A DNA stretch of 63,348 nt, filler included, from Licmophora abbreviata (lineage: Eukaryota), in assembly GCA_900291995.1 (NCBI GenBank). It is 15 parts of 15 records of this genome, joined end to end, with 100 filler letters (N's around TTAATTAATTAA, not from the genome) between each part and the next. Parts side by side here need not be neighbours in the genome. Positions count along the whole stretch, not along the records: positions 11,955 to 15,141 come from OLMU01005291.1; positions 15,242 to 16,587 come from OLMU01005294.1; positions 16,688 to 20,220 come from OLMU01005295.1; positions 20,321 to 22,897 come from OLMU01005296.1; 11 more parts are not named here. One strand, 5' to 3'. Of this stretch, positions 12,138 to 22,997 are shown piece by piece. The position numbers and the translations under genes are program-made. Within the stretch, counting starts at the first letter, position 1. Every line of letters starts with the position of its first letter. Under the pieces are notes generated by a model. That model had not been told where the DNA came from. It saw nothing but the letters and a program-made list of their open reading frames with translations, and did no database searches.

Positions 12138-13700
12138 CTACGGTAACGCAGCTTCGTCGCCGCCAGTCTCTTTCGCTTCCATAACTCTACTGTCGCATTG
12201 CCTGTCAAACAGCGTCTTCTCTCGCTCCGGCAAACCGGGCGAGTACAGCCAAGGATATCGATCTGGGTTGTCTCGTACGGACCATGGAAGCTGCTCTACC
12301 ACAAAGTCTTGCACGCCCCTGTCAAACTCACTCATATGATGCCACTTGTGTTCTCCACTTGCTTTGCATCGAAACAACTCTTTCCTAATATCGCTTTCGG
12401 TGATTCTCTTTTCTCGCACTCGAACCCAAAAGTCGGGTGAGAACCTATGCGGGACAGCTTCTGCCGTCGAAAAGAACTTGATCATGGCCAAAATTGGATG
12501 CGCTGGATCGGAAAAGTGCATGGCGGCAGCAATACCCATATGGAAGGACCGGTTGTTGTCTACGACAACACCACGACGATGTGTACTGTTGGCTTTCAAG
12601 ACGTCCTCATACCTCCACACGAAGGGGTGTCTCCATGTTACGCCTCGCAGTATAGAAGTATCAGGGCGAAGGGTAGTAGAAGAAGAATCGTTGCTGTTGT
12701 AGGTGGTGTCTGTAGCGAGTGGCAGTGACATCATGTCGGGTCGTGACTGCAGCCACGCCACATTGCGTTTGAAGGCCAAGGCGGGCGTGTAAATAGGAAA
12801 GGTGACATTCGGACGATACTCGCAATGCTTGAGATGCGCCATGACTTTGCGAGTAATGATTTCGTCTCCATCATTCTGTAGCACAAGAATCTCCATATTG
12901 TGATGTGATGACGCAGTAGAGATATGGAAGGTCCTTTGCAAGTGCTGAATGGGTAGCGACCGCACGCGATTCTCCAAGGCATACTTATCGGTCCGCAGCA
13001 ACTGAACCGCGTCGGGGGGTACATGGTCCTGCAAATAGTCAATTTTGGATTGAAACCTCTTAAAGCGATCCGATTGCAGCAACTCGGGCAACAAGAAGGG
13101 TTTCGCTTCACCCCGATGGGTCGTGTTCTGTTCCACAATGACAAACTGGTCCACCAAGTCATAAAATTCCAACAGTCGAATCTCGAGATAGTCCACGTCA
13201 AAGCCGAATGCTACGACATCAATAATGTATCTCGTTCGGCCATTGTCGTTGTTGGACTCTCCTGTGAGTACGTGACTGTACGCGGCGTGACTGCAGTCCA
13301 TGTGGATGACCGGTGGGCGGAACGACTGAAGCGGGGTCGTTAAGTTTGACTCCTGCACGAGATAGCGAGCCGCCATGTGATTGAGAATCTGACCATTGTC
13401 CAAGATCCCTCCTGTGCTATTCTCGAGCTCTTGAAAGAAGTTTACAATAATACTGGAGGTGGGTATGGCGGTGGTGGTGCTGATACGGCTGGTGGTTTGC
13501 TGTCTTTTGTCAACAACAGAGTAATCATTGTCGTTGTTGATGTCACTGATGCTTCTCGTCGTTCGTAGCTTCTTATTCTTCCCTACTTGCGGTATATCGA
13601 GCCAATCCAGAGCAAACGTGACAAGCACGACTGAAATGAGACCTGTGGCAGCTCGCCGCAGTGTCCTGGAGAGATGTGGTGCGGCTAGTAAGAGAAGCAT
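12138..13700 (-). CDS. Glycosyltransferase family 17-like (MGAT3/GnT-III-type) type II membrane protein
   Basis: N-terminal anchor; GT17 motifs IIDVVAFGFDVDYLEIRLLEFYDLVDQFVIVEQNTTHRGEAKP and NDGDEI. Confidence 0.8.
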   Translation of the reverse strand: MLLLLAAPHLSRTLRRAATGLISVVLVTFALDWLDIPQVGKNKKLRTTRSISDINNDNDYSVVDKRQQTTSRISTTTAIPTSSIIVNFFQELENSTGGILDNGQILNHMAARYLVQESNLTTPLQSFRPPVIHMDCSHAAYSHVLTGESNNDNGRTRYIIDVVAFGFDVDYLEIRLLEFYDLVDQFVIVEQNTTHRGEAKPFLLPELLQSDRFKRFQSKIDYLQDHVPPDAVQLLRTDKYALENRVRSLPIQHLQRTFHISTASSHHNMEILVLQNDGDEIITRKVMAHLKHCEYRPNVTFPIYTPALAFKRNVAWLQSRPDMMSLPLATDTTYNSNDSSSTTLRPDTSILRGVTWRHPFVWRYEDVLKANSTHRRGVVVDNNRSFHMGIAAAMHFSDPAHPILAMIKFFSTAEAVPHRFSPDFWVRVREKRITESDIRKELFRCKASGEHKWHHMSEFDRGVQDFVVEQLPWSVRDNPDRYPWLYSPGLPEREKTLFDRQCDSRVMEAKETGGDEAALP

Positions 13701-15831
13701 GCTGCTTTGTCATGGTCGGTATGATAGACCTAACTTTTTTCTGTAAAATTGTGAGCTTCGCCGGGCACTCCGAGGTTTACTCCAGTATACATTCCCTAAT
13801 TTTATATATCAACGGAAAACTTTAGTATGAATCAAACAGTATTTTCAACGACCTATCATGACAGATGGTTAATATGTCCAAAACCGTCATAGTCATCAAA
13901 CACGGCATGCGAGCACGAAAAATTGGAGTTGTGGATCGTGTTGATTTTGGCGAAAGAATTTGGAAAACATAGAGGTGGCAACTGGCGCAGCACGTTGATG
14001 TCTTCTGCCCTCTGTATGGCTGCTGCGGGGTCAATTTCGTACTATGGAAGGTTGGTAGTAGGCATGGGATGAAGTAGCAGGAGAGCGTGTGCTAGATAAA
14101 GCACGAGTGACCAGTGACCGCGATCACCACGTTTCAAACAGAGTTCGAAACTGCGGCGCATTCTCACTCATTTCACATTTGCTGTTTGATTCTAATTGTT
14201 GGAATCTTGCACGCTTTGCTACAGAATACTTTTACGACACAGATCCAGTCGGAAGAGGCCATGGGTGCACTACCGAGTCCTCCAGTTGTGTCTGGTGGCT
14301 TCCGTGTTCTTGGCTAGTCGACAATCCCTTTTGTCTGGATGCCCTGTGCGATTTTCTATGCTATGACTCCAGTTGTTGTGTCGACTGTTTCACGGGAGCC
14401 GAGTGCTGCCCTGGTACCGATTGTTGTTCGGGTGCCATTGACTGTACCTGTACGTGAGGGAGAAGTAGACTATGTATTAGTGTGGCTGGCGAAGCAACAT
14501 TCGTCCTACTGCCCGACCGACCAATGAGGGCGTAGAGCTGAAGCTGTGTGTCTCCAGTGGACAGAGAGAGGCAAAGTCTAGTGGTGTGTTCAAGAGAGCC
14601 GCTTCGTGCACTATTACGGCAGCCATTGGAGTGAGGTCCAATGCGTCTCCATCGTTTTTCATGGGGCAAGAAACTTACTGTAGAAAAGATGTACTCGTAT
14701 GTATGCGAGGGTCTCACTTCTTGCAGGCTCATCGCAACTCGGGCTTGGTGATTGTTATTATCAATGCGTAAGATCATTTCGACGCGCGTCTGGCGAAGAA
14801 GACGGCTTGAGTTACGAGCCGAGAGACGGCGGGTGGCGAAGACTATGATGTACTAAGAATATGTTTGCAAGCTTGCAAGGATACTGTTTTGGGCATACCA
14901 GTTACCAGGTATTACCATAGCTACGAGTACAACCGGTAGTATCATACCTGGGCTGGTACTGTAACGCCTACCGTTAAGGGAGAACAAGACCTATCATAGC
15001 TACTTCCAAGCAACACACTAGCCTTTCTGTTGTGACAAACCAGAACGATGCGACGCAGATATCGTGTCTGTATGCCGATGATACCCATCGAGAGAAGAAG
15101 ATGTGACTAGGTCATCAACCGCTTCGCGTCGCGCGTCTCTCNNNNNNNNNNNNNNNNNNNNNNNNNNNNNNNNNNNNNNNNNNNNTTAATTAATTAANNN
15201 NNNNNNNNNNNNNNNNNNNNNNNNNNNNNNNNNNNNNNNNNCCCTAATCCGTACTTATGATATACATTGGTATTCTAAAGTAGACTATCGGTCTTCCTGT
15301 CTTTCTTTTTCTCTGTCCGCGCATGTTGAATGTTGTAATGACACGGCCTGACGGAGGTGGGTCATCCCTATGTAGACTGTCCATCGTCCATAAGTAGAAC
15401 CGAATATCAGCAAGGAAAGGCATCCTGGCAACATCATCCGTCTCTCGTACATCTTCGTATGTTTCCTACGGGAATGCCTTCCGAGCTCCGTTGTCAGTGC
15501 GTAGCTGTTTCCTGCTTATGAACACTCGTTGTGCAAAAAAAGCTCGACGTGCGTGACAAGGTTAGAGGTTCACGTCCGCAGTAGATATCGTACCACGTAG
15601 ACGCATACCAGATTCCTACGTGGAAAACCCGGAATTTCCAGTTTTCAACTGCCTTTCGTATCAGAAGTTCCGCCGAAGCAATGGAAGTTTGCGTGACATC
15701 GAAGTCAGTGAATGAGAGCTATTTCAGCCCCACACAAAACTTACTGCTTGAAGTCGACGTTCGTCCATCTTGCCGGCAGTGGTTTGTATGCTCTCATCCT
15801 TCGAGAGGCTCGATCGTTCACTCTCTACACC

Positions 15832-18400
15832 ATGTTGACGCTTCGCAATCTGCTGCTGTTCAGCGCTGCGCTTGCCCTGCAGCAGGCTGTCGTCCTCGCT
15901 CAAGGCGGGGGCTGTCTTTCGAACCCAGACTTCGACAATCAGTTCCCGGCCCCGGAGGAGGGATCGTGCTGCATGAACTCGGTCTGTGGACTTCCGTGCC
16001 CGGAACCTGTCTCGAAGCCTACCTCAGGTAAGTCCCCGATGAGAGTTTTGGAAAGTCGAGCATCTGAGTTTCGAATCGATGTGTACCCATTTCTGTGGCC
16101 GGTAGTCCCGGTAATTCGAAATCGTGTTCTCATCTCTGTTTGTTTCGATTATACCCAACACAGGGTTCGGTATCGCCGTGGGTGTCTCCATTGCCATTTC
16201 CTTCCTCGTCGGTATGGCCACGATTTTCGTTGTTCACGGTGAGGCCGAGAACTTCTTCGTCTGTGGCCATTCCTTGCCCCTTTGGATCGTTGCCTTCACC
16301 CTTGGTGCGCAGAGTGTCGACTCCAACGCCTTGTTGGGAAACGCCGATAACAGTTACAAGTTCCACTTTTGGGACGGGGCCGTCCTTCCGATCGGTCTTG
16401 GATTGAGCCTCATTCTCAATGGTCTCTTCCTCGCCCGTCACATCAACAAGGAACAAGTCTTGACTCTACCCGACATTCTGGCCAGACGTTACGGCAAGCT
16501 CAACGAGATCCTCATGAGCCTCGCGACCATAGTGTCGTTCATGTTCTTGCTGGCGGGAAACCTGGTGGGTATGGGCAAGATCCTCTCNNNNNNNNNNNNN
16601 NNNNNNNNNNNNNNNNNNNNNNNNNNNNNNNTTAATTAATTAANNNNNNNNNNNNNNNNNNNNNNNNNNNNNNNNNNNNNNNNNNNNCGTCTGGGCCTAC
16701 ACGGTCAGTGGTGGTCTCTTCAGTGTCGCCTACACGGATGTCGTGCAGGGCCTCATTGGGTGGTCGGGGTGCGTCGTCTGCGCCTACTACCTCATTGCCA
16801 ATGAAGATACTGCGGCTCCCCCTCCCAGCCGCGGGTTCCCCCTATACATCTACCCGGACAACATTGGAGATGGGGGCATCTGCGACATGTACCAGGGCAT
16901 TCCATGCACAAACACCGAAGGCGCCTGCTGCTACAACGAAGAACTGTGGTGCCCGGATCCGGATGATCCCACCCTAGAATGTTTGGCGGACAACGGCGCG
17001 TATCCCTTTGGTGACAAGCGTGTCTTTGCGGACCAGATGAGTAACTACCAGGCGCTTTCTCCCTTTCCGAATGCCATGCTCTTCAACTGGGCGACCATTC
17101 TGATTCTTGGATTCGGTAATCTTGCCGCCCTCGACTTTCAGGCTCGTTGTATGGCAGCCAAGACGCCTAGCACGGCCATGTGGGGTTGCCTGATTGGAGG
17201 ATGCATCTCCTTCTTTGTTGGAATTCCGTTTGCCTACATGGGAGCCATCCAGCGGTACGTGAATGCGATGGGAGGGCATCTGATGCCTTGGTTGCTGCTG
17301 TTGTGAAGTAGATTATCTCTCATGACTATTGTATCTATATCTTCTTTTGAATCGCCGCGATTCAATTCTTCAGTGTCTACTATGGACCAGACTCCATTCA
17401 TGCCGAGTTCAGTGTCGACACCTGCAACACACTTTTGGGACTACCAACGTGTGCCGCATGGGTTCCTAGCTCCTTCGCTTTCATCGATCTGTTGACTCAT
17501 CAGGCCCCGAAGGTCCTTGGAGCATGGTGTCTCATTGGTATTGTGGCGGCTTCCATGTCGACCGCAGATGGAGCCATTCTTGCGCTTGGGACTGTTTTCT
17601 CTCACAATATTATGCGACAGGTGGACAGGTGGTATCCCAACTTCATCACGGGGGACAATTTGCTCACGATCACCCGTATTTCTACCTTCCCCTTCACCAT
17701 ATTGGCAACCGTCATTGCTGCCTACTACAAGAGTGACGAAGGTGCGGTTGGTGGCACGGGCTACTTGCTCATTGTAGCCTTTGACTTGGTCCTTGCCACC
17801 GTCGTGCCTTCGCTCTTTGGATGCTTCTACACCAAAACGCCCCGTCCCAATGCCGCCCTCCTGTCTTGGATTACCGGAGCAATTACGCGCATTGTGCTCG
17901 AGTTCGCCTTGCCCAAGGATGGCTGGCTGCTGATTCCGTACGACGTTCCCGAGTTTTTGGACTACGGACCTGCGGCCAGCGCGAACGTGCCTGTCTTTGT
18001 TGATGAGACTTCGGATATCGTCTGGGATCCGTCCATGGAAGAGTGTGTGCAAGAATCCTTTGAAGATTACACTGGCGTGGATTCGCTCGCTGCCTTTGCT
18101 GCTGCGATTCTTGTCTTTACTACGGTGCAGCTCATTGAACATCTTCATGGTCCAATGTTTGACTTGGGTCCCATTATGGAGCCCTACGATAAGGTTTTGG
18201 GAGGCGAAGCAGAAGAAGACGAAAAGGTGGCCGCAGTGGGTGTCTCTTTCTACAATAGCAACGAGAGCAATGCGGAAATCAGCAAGGGAATCGTTGGCGA
18301 CGAGACGCAGATAACGAAGGAAAGCAAGAATGACTCAGACGAGGTTACTCCCGAAGGTGTCGAGGCCGATGACGCAGCGTCGGACGAAGGATCTGCCTAA
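15832..18400 (+). CDS. Sodium:solute symporter (SSS/SLC5, choline-transporter-like clade) with signal peptide and Cys-rich extracellular loops; introns 16028-16163 and 17256-17373; spans gap 16588-16687
   Basis: Motifs ENFFVCGHSLPLWIV, TLPDILARRYG, YTVSGGLFSVAYTDVVQG, DFQARCMAAKT, IVAASMSTADGAILA. Protein is colinear across the gap. Confidence 0.88.
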
Positions 18401-18749
18401 GAGTGGGGAAGGGTTTCGTTGCGCAATCTTTTTCGTTTTTATGTGTGGCATCGTTACAGGAGGGACAAGATGTGATTCTGGCCCTTTTTGCATGTTTTGT
18501 TTTTCGTTTTTAAAAAGTGTCTTGCGAGTGATGATACTCTTTCAGAAACGAGCCGTATGTTGTAAGAGTTTAAGCGGCTCATTGAATAACATGCACCCGT
18601 TTTCTAGGTACAATATATCAATTAGTTCTGGCATAGTGAGTGTCTGTTGTGCTACTGTTTATTGATACGATAGAGGACTGATCGAGACAAGAGACACCCA
18701 TGACAACAACGACGACGACACTTCCAAAATACCCAATACTACGAATGCA

Positions 18750-18961
18750 TTACTGTTCCAACACTCCCTTGACATACTCATACGTAACAAAGCCAATCAT
18801 GGAGGCTGGAACTGCTCGTACCAACTTTAATCCAAAGCCCCGATACAGGCCCCCCGGCTCTTGACGCAATTCCATGGCGGTACGATAGAGTCCCTTGTGT
18901 TCAGGGCTCGCTTGAATGCGCGTCTTGATCAAATCGGCGGGATATCCAACAGCCTACATTA

Positions 18962-19018
<57 letters not shown>

Positions 19019-19738
19019 GATGTGAGTATCAAAACTACCAATCACTCTTCCTCCACCACTACTAGTAGTACGCACCCACGCCACAGTCGCCGCCACGGCT
19101 CCCGACACGAGCGGCACCGTCACTCCATCATGCTGGGGCGTTCCACCAATCTGCTCACTCAAATAGTCCTTGCACATTTCATAAGAGACAAACCAGACCC
19201 CATGCGGTATGCCGTCCCTCAATAAGGTTGCATTCAATCCTCTCCAACCACTACTAGTCGTAGCAGCAGTCGTAGCAGCAGTGGTGGAGAGGAGATTGGT
19301 GCCAACATGGTGCGTCGCTTGCATCAATCGCTTATTGATCACTTGCTGTTCGACCTTGATGAGTTCTACCGGCGACATGAGGAAGGATTGTACGATGCCT
19401 CCGGTACAGCCTCCTACAAAGACGCCCACATATGGATTGCTCTGTGCTTCTTCTTGTTCTCCCCACCTCTTGCCAAGTCCGTATCCACTCATGAGGAGCG
19501 CATTCTGAAAGGGTACGGCTCCAATCATGGCGGAGGAGCCGCGCCAGAGGGATCGGATTCCAAACTGTTGAATGAGAGACTTGTACGTGTGCGAAACAGA
19601 AGTAGGGACGTAGTGTCGTTGAAGAGTGATGCCGGCCTGGTAGCGGGTGAGAATGGTATCGGTGGGCTGGCAGAGCAAGACGGCGGCGCCACCGGAGCAC
19701 CAGCCGGCGAAGAAGTCGATCAGGCCTTCTGAGGACAT
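18750..19738 (-). CDS. Mitochondrial carrier family protein (SLC25; basic amino acid/ornithine/carnitine-carrier-like); intron 18954-19075
   Basis: Three Px[D/E]xx[K/T] signatures (QPTDTILTR, SPVELIKV, YPADLIKTR) plus WRGLNATLLRDGIPHGVWFVSYE and GLYRGFGLKLVRAVPA. Confidence 0.9.
18963..19016. repeat. (AAC)18 microsatellite inside the carrier intron
   Basis: Perfect trinucleotide run read directly from the sequence. Confidence 0.97.
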
Positions 19739-20095
19739 GGGAATTCCGTGCAGGGGGAGAGAGAGAACGAAATGGAGGACCACACAGCACGGTACAGTAT
19801 CGTATCAGAACTGTATCATATCGTAGTGAGTACGCCAAGGAGGCTATATCTTTTTTGATTTTGATGAGAGGGGAGTTTGGATCTTCGGCAGTGTGTGACA
19901 GACAATTTCCGACGTCAAGTTGACACTTTGCAGTACCGAGGATTCCACCTAAGATTCTACAGAGCTGAGAGACAGTGACGCACTTTGTGACATTTCGGTG
20001 AAATCTTGAGATCTTCCGTCTCGTGGGATGAGAAACACAAGATCTCCTCTTGACACACACACATCAACTTCGTCGCTGTCCTCTCATTCAGCACC

Positions 20096-21690
20096 ATGAC
20101 ATTCTCGTCTTCCGCTCCTCGCGGCGTCTTTTCGCAGCTGGCGCGTCATGCTCGAAGCAAGAAGCAGCTGCAGCACCGAGCGCATCATCCGGATCCCTTC
20201 AATCCCAAATCCACGCAGGGNNNNNNNNNNNNNNNNNNNNNNNNNNNNNNNNNNNNNNNNNNNNTTAATTAATTAANNNNNNNNNNNNNNNNNNNNNNNN
20301 NNNNNNNNNNNNNNNNNNNNATGGAAGGCTGCCTTGAAGGCAAGTGTTTTCTAATTTTGTTTCTTTTTGTTTGGTAGACTGTAGGATGAAGTGAAGTCTA
20401 GAAGTATCGTGCCATGCCTTCTTCTCACACTTCCCACACTACTTCTTTTACTAATTACACTTCACTACACTACTATAGGAAGCAGATTTGCCTCGCACTC
20501 GCATGCACGAAGAGACCGAACACGCCCTCAAACTGGGTCTTCCCGGAGCTTCCTCCATTGACGACAAGACCATTCCTACCTTTTCTCGCGGCGAACTCCC
20601 CCACTTTGCCGGAATCAACACCTTCCTCAAGGCCCCCTACATTGAAGATGCCAATTTGGTGGGCAACTACGATGCCGCCGTCGTGGGCGTGCCCTTTGAT
20701 GGCGGCTGTACCTACCGCGCGGGAACGCGCTTTGGGCCGCAGGGCATTCGGCGCATCAGTGCCTTGTACACTCCCTACAACTATGAAAAGGGAATTGACT
20801 TGAGGGAACAAATGACGCTCTGTGATATTGGGGATGTCTTTACTATTCCGGCCAATATTGAAAAGTCCTTTGATCAGATCAGTAATGCGGTGGCGCATAT
20901 TGCCAGTACTGGGACGATGCCCATCATACTGGGAGGGGATCATAGTATTGGATTTCCGACGGTCCGAGGATTGGCGAGTGTCACCAGTAAGAATATTGGT
21001 ATCATTCATGTCGATCGTCATGCGGACATTCAAGAGAAGGATCTAGACGAACGTATGCATACCACGCCGTGAGTGATACTGTCTGCAACACAAAGAGCCG
21101 TCGGTTGTGTGTCCATATTCTTAGTATGTCTCACCAAGTGTTCACGCGACAATCGCCACCGTATTATATATTATATGCTCATTGATTTCTACAGTTATTT
21201 TCACGCCACGAACCTCCCCAACGTGAAGCCCAAGAATCTCGTCCAAATTGGCATTGGCGGTTGGCAAGTGCCCCGTCCGGCCGTCCCCAACATGATTGAA
21301 CGAGAAACCAACATCTTTACCATGGACGACATTGAGCATTACGGAATCGATAAGATTGCCGAAATGGCCCTCGAGCTGGCCTGGGATGGCTGCGATGCCG
21401 TCTACATGTCCTACGACATTGACTCGATTGAAGCGGCCTTTGTGCCGGGTACTGGATGGCCCGAGCCGGGTGGCTTGTTGCCCCGGGAGGCGCTCAAGTT
21501 GGTCGGACAAGTGGCCAAGGAGGGATTGTGCGGGATGGAAGTGGTTGAAGTGAGTCCACCCTACGATCATGCGGATATTACATCCCTGATGGCCCTGCGC
21601 ATTGTGGTGGATGCCCTCGGGGCCATGGTGAGTCACGGTACCATGGGCAAGCACAAGCACATTATTGACAAGGAGTTTGTTCCGATCTAA
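20096..21690 (+). CDS. gdmH: Guanidine hydrolase (GdmH-type ureohydrolase) with mitochondrial-type presequence; exons 20096-20339 (across gap), 20479-21068, 21195-21690; ~409 aa if the gap is empty
   Basis: Closely follows the Synechocystis Sll1077/GdmH sequence as I recall it: IPTFSRGELPHFAGINTFLKAPY, TRFGPQGIRRISALYTPYN, GGDHSIGFPTVRG, DRHADIQEKDLDERMHT, LVQIGIGGWQVPR, DIDSIEAAFVPGTGWPEPGGLLPREAL. It has Trp in GTGWPEPGG where agmatinases have GTGTPEPGG. The N-terminus MTFSSSAPRGVFSQLARHARSKK is basic/Ser-rich with no acidic residues. Confidence 0.9.
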
Positions 21691-21973
21691 GGATTATGAA
21701 TGAACAATGAGAGGAGATGAGCAGAGGCTATTGGTAGTTGCTGAATTCAAGAGAGGAGGGTGGGAGTAGAATTGTGTTAGGATTCAATAGTTTGAATATA
21801 GTGCACGTTTGCTGCAACGAATGAGTCGTGTAGTCGAGTCGCACGAAAGTTCAAACTGCTCTACTCTAGTTATTCTCAGTGGTCTATGTAGCCTTCGAAG
21901 CAGTCCAATCTGTTGTTTCCAGAGTCCTTGTACGAGAAGAGTGCCGTACTGTACTATCATATCACACTAAAGT

Positions 21974-22897
21974 CTACTCCGATATGGAAGTCGCAGCCGG
22001 ATCCGTTCCGACCAAACAGATTCCCCCACCAACAGTCCCACTCCAATCCACCCCTGCAACGACAAGGCTTCTCCCAACAGTGCAAAACCAAGAAGAGTAC
22101 CAAACAAGACACTCCCACCAATAATGATGGGTATACTCTGCATGGCTTGCACACCGAGACTGGACACAAAGAACGACACCATCTCGGCGAGTCCTACTGC
22201 AATGCCGGCACAAATGGCCCATTGCACGCCATGGTAGTCATAGTGTAGTTCGGAAATGCCATTGTCTTTGACAACGATGAAGAGTAAAAGGAAAATTCCA
22301 AGAAAGGCAGCGACAAATTGAAGAATAACGCCGCCTAAGACTGGGTGAATGCTGGCAGAGCCCTGTATCATAGAATATCGGAACGGGTGTACGGTGAAGA
22401 ATGGTGAGATGCGTGTACATTGTGAGGCAAGACGGAAAGCAACATCATAGTTGATATCAAACTTACTTTTTTGATGAAAATGTTGTATAGAGCGTACGAC
22501 AGTGCGCACAGGAGTGCTGGGATGATCCAAACAGCCAGTGGTGGTGCGACGAGAGAGGCCTCTCCTATGCTACTACTACTGCTACTACTCCCCGCATGGT
22601 GATCATGTTTCAAGTATCGATGATGCGGGCGATCCAGTTGGAGGGGCGACGATAGATGAGGCTTGTTGCGTGTGAACAGCAATGCAGTCTGCTCCGTCAC
22701 TTGTCCATGCCAGGAGGTACTGCGAGGTAAGAACGGCGACGGTGATGCTCCGTCCACTTGATGGGAAGCATGATGTGCAAATCTGGCGGGTGGGGTGCGC
22801 GTGCGGGAAGGGGGTGTAGCTGAGGAAGCGTGGGCTACACGCAAGCCCCGACCGTAGCCGATGGTGGGTGTGCTGCGTTGTCCTTTCGAGGACGAAG
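21974..22897 (-). CDS. EamA/DMT-superfamily small transporter; start in gap; intron 22363-22466; probable 1-nt homopolymer error at 22023-22027
   Basis: ALLCALSYALYNIFIKK|GSASIHPVLGG...GSVLFGTLLGFALLGEALSLQGWIGVGLL, a typical DMT C-terminal 'LGE.LS...WIG' motif. The frame is open up to the gap. Confidence 0.8.
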
Positions 22898-22997
22898 NNN
22901 NNNNNNNNNNNNNNNNNNNNNNNNNNNNNNNNNNNNNNNNNTTAATTAATTAANNNNNNNNNNNNNNNNNNNNNNNNNNNNNNNNNNNNNNNNNNNN

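Noticed and set aside
14261..14527. ORF MGALPSPP... with in-frame TAG as a readthrough/pyrrolysine candidate
   Set aside because: No recognisable homology; the overlapping Cys-rich frame is a better coding candidate.
18959..19075. Poly-Leu C-terminus in the carrier ORF
   Set aside because: Read-through into an intron containing the (AAC)18 microsatellite.
19739..20478. Guanidine riboswitch (ykkC, mini-ykkC, ykkC-III) upstream of or within gdmH or the SSS gene
   Set aside because: By eye I found no class I core and no paired ACGR-loop hairpins. An Infernal/Rfam scan would be needed to exclude it formally.
20488..21690. Plain agmatinase/arginase call
   Set aside because: The N-terminal extension, GGWQVPR and GTGWPEPGG match the GdmH clade rather than SpeB or arginase.
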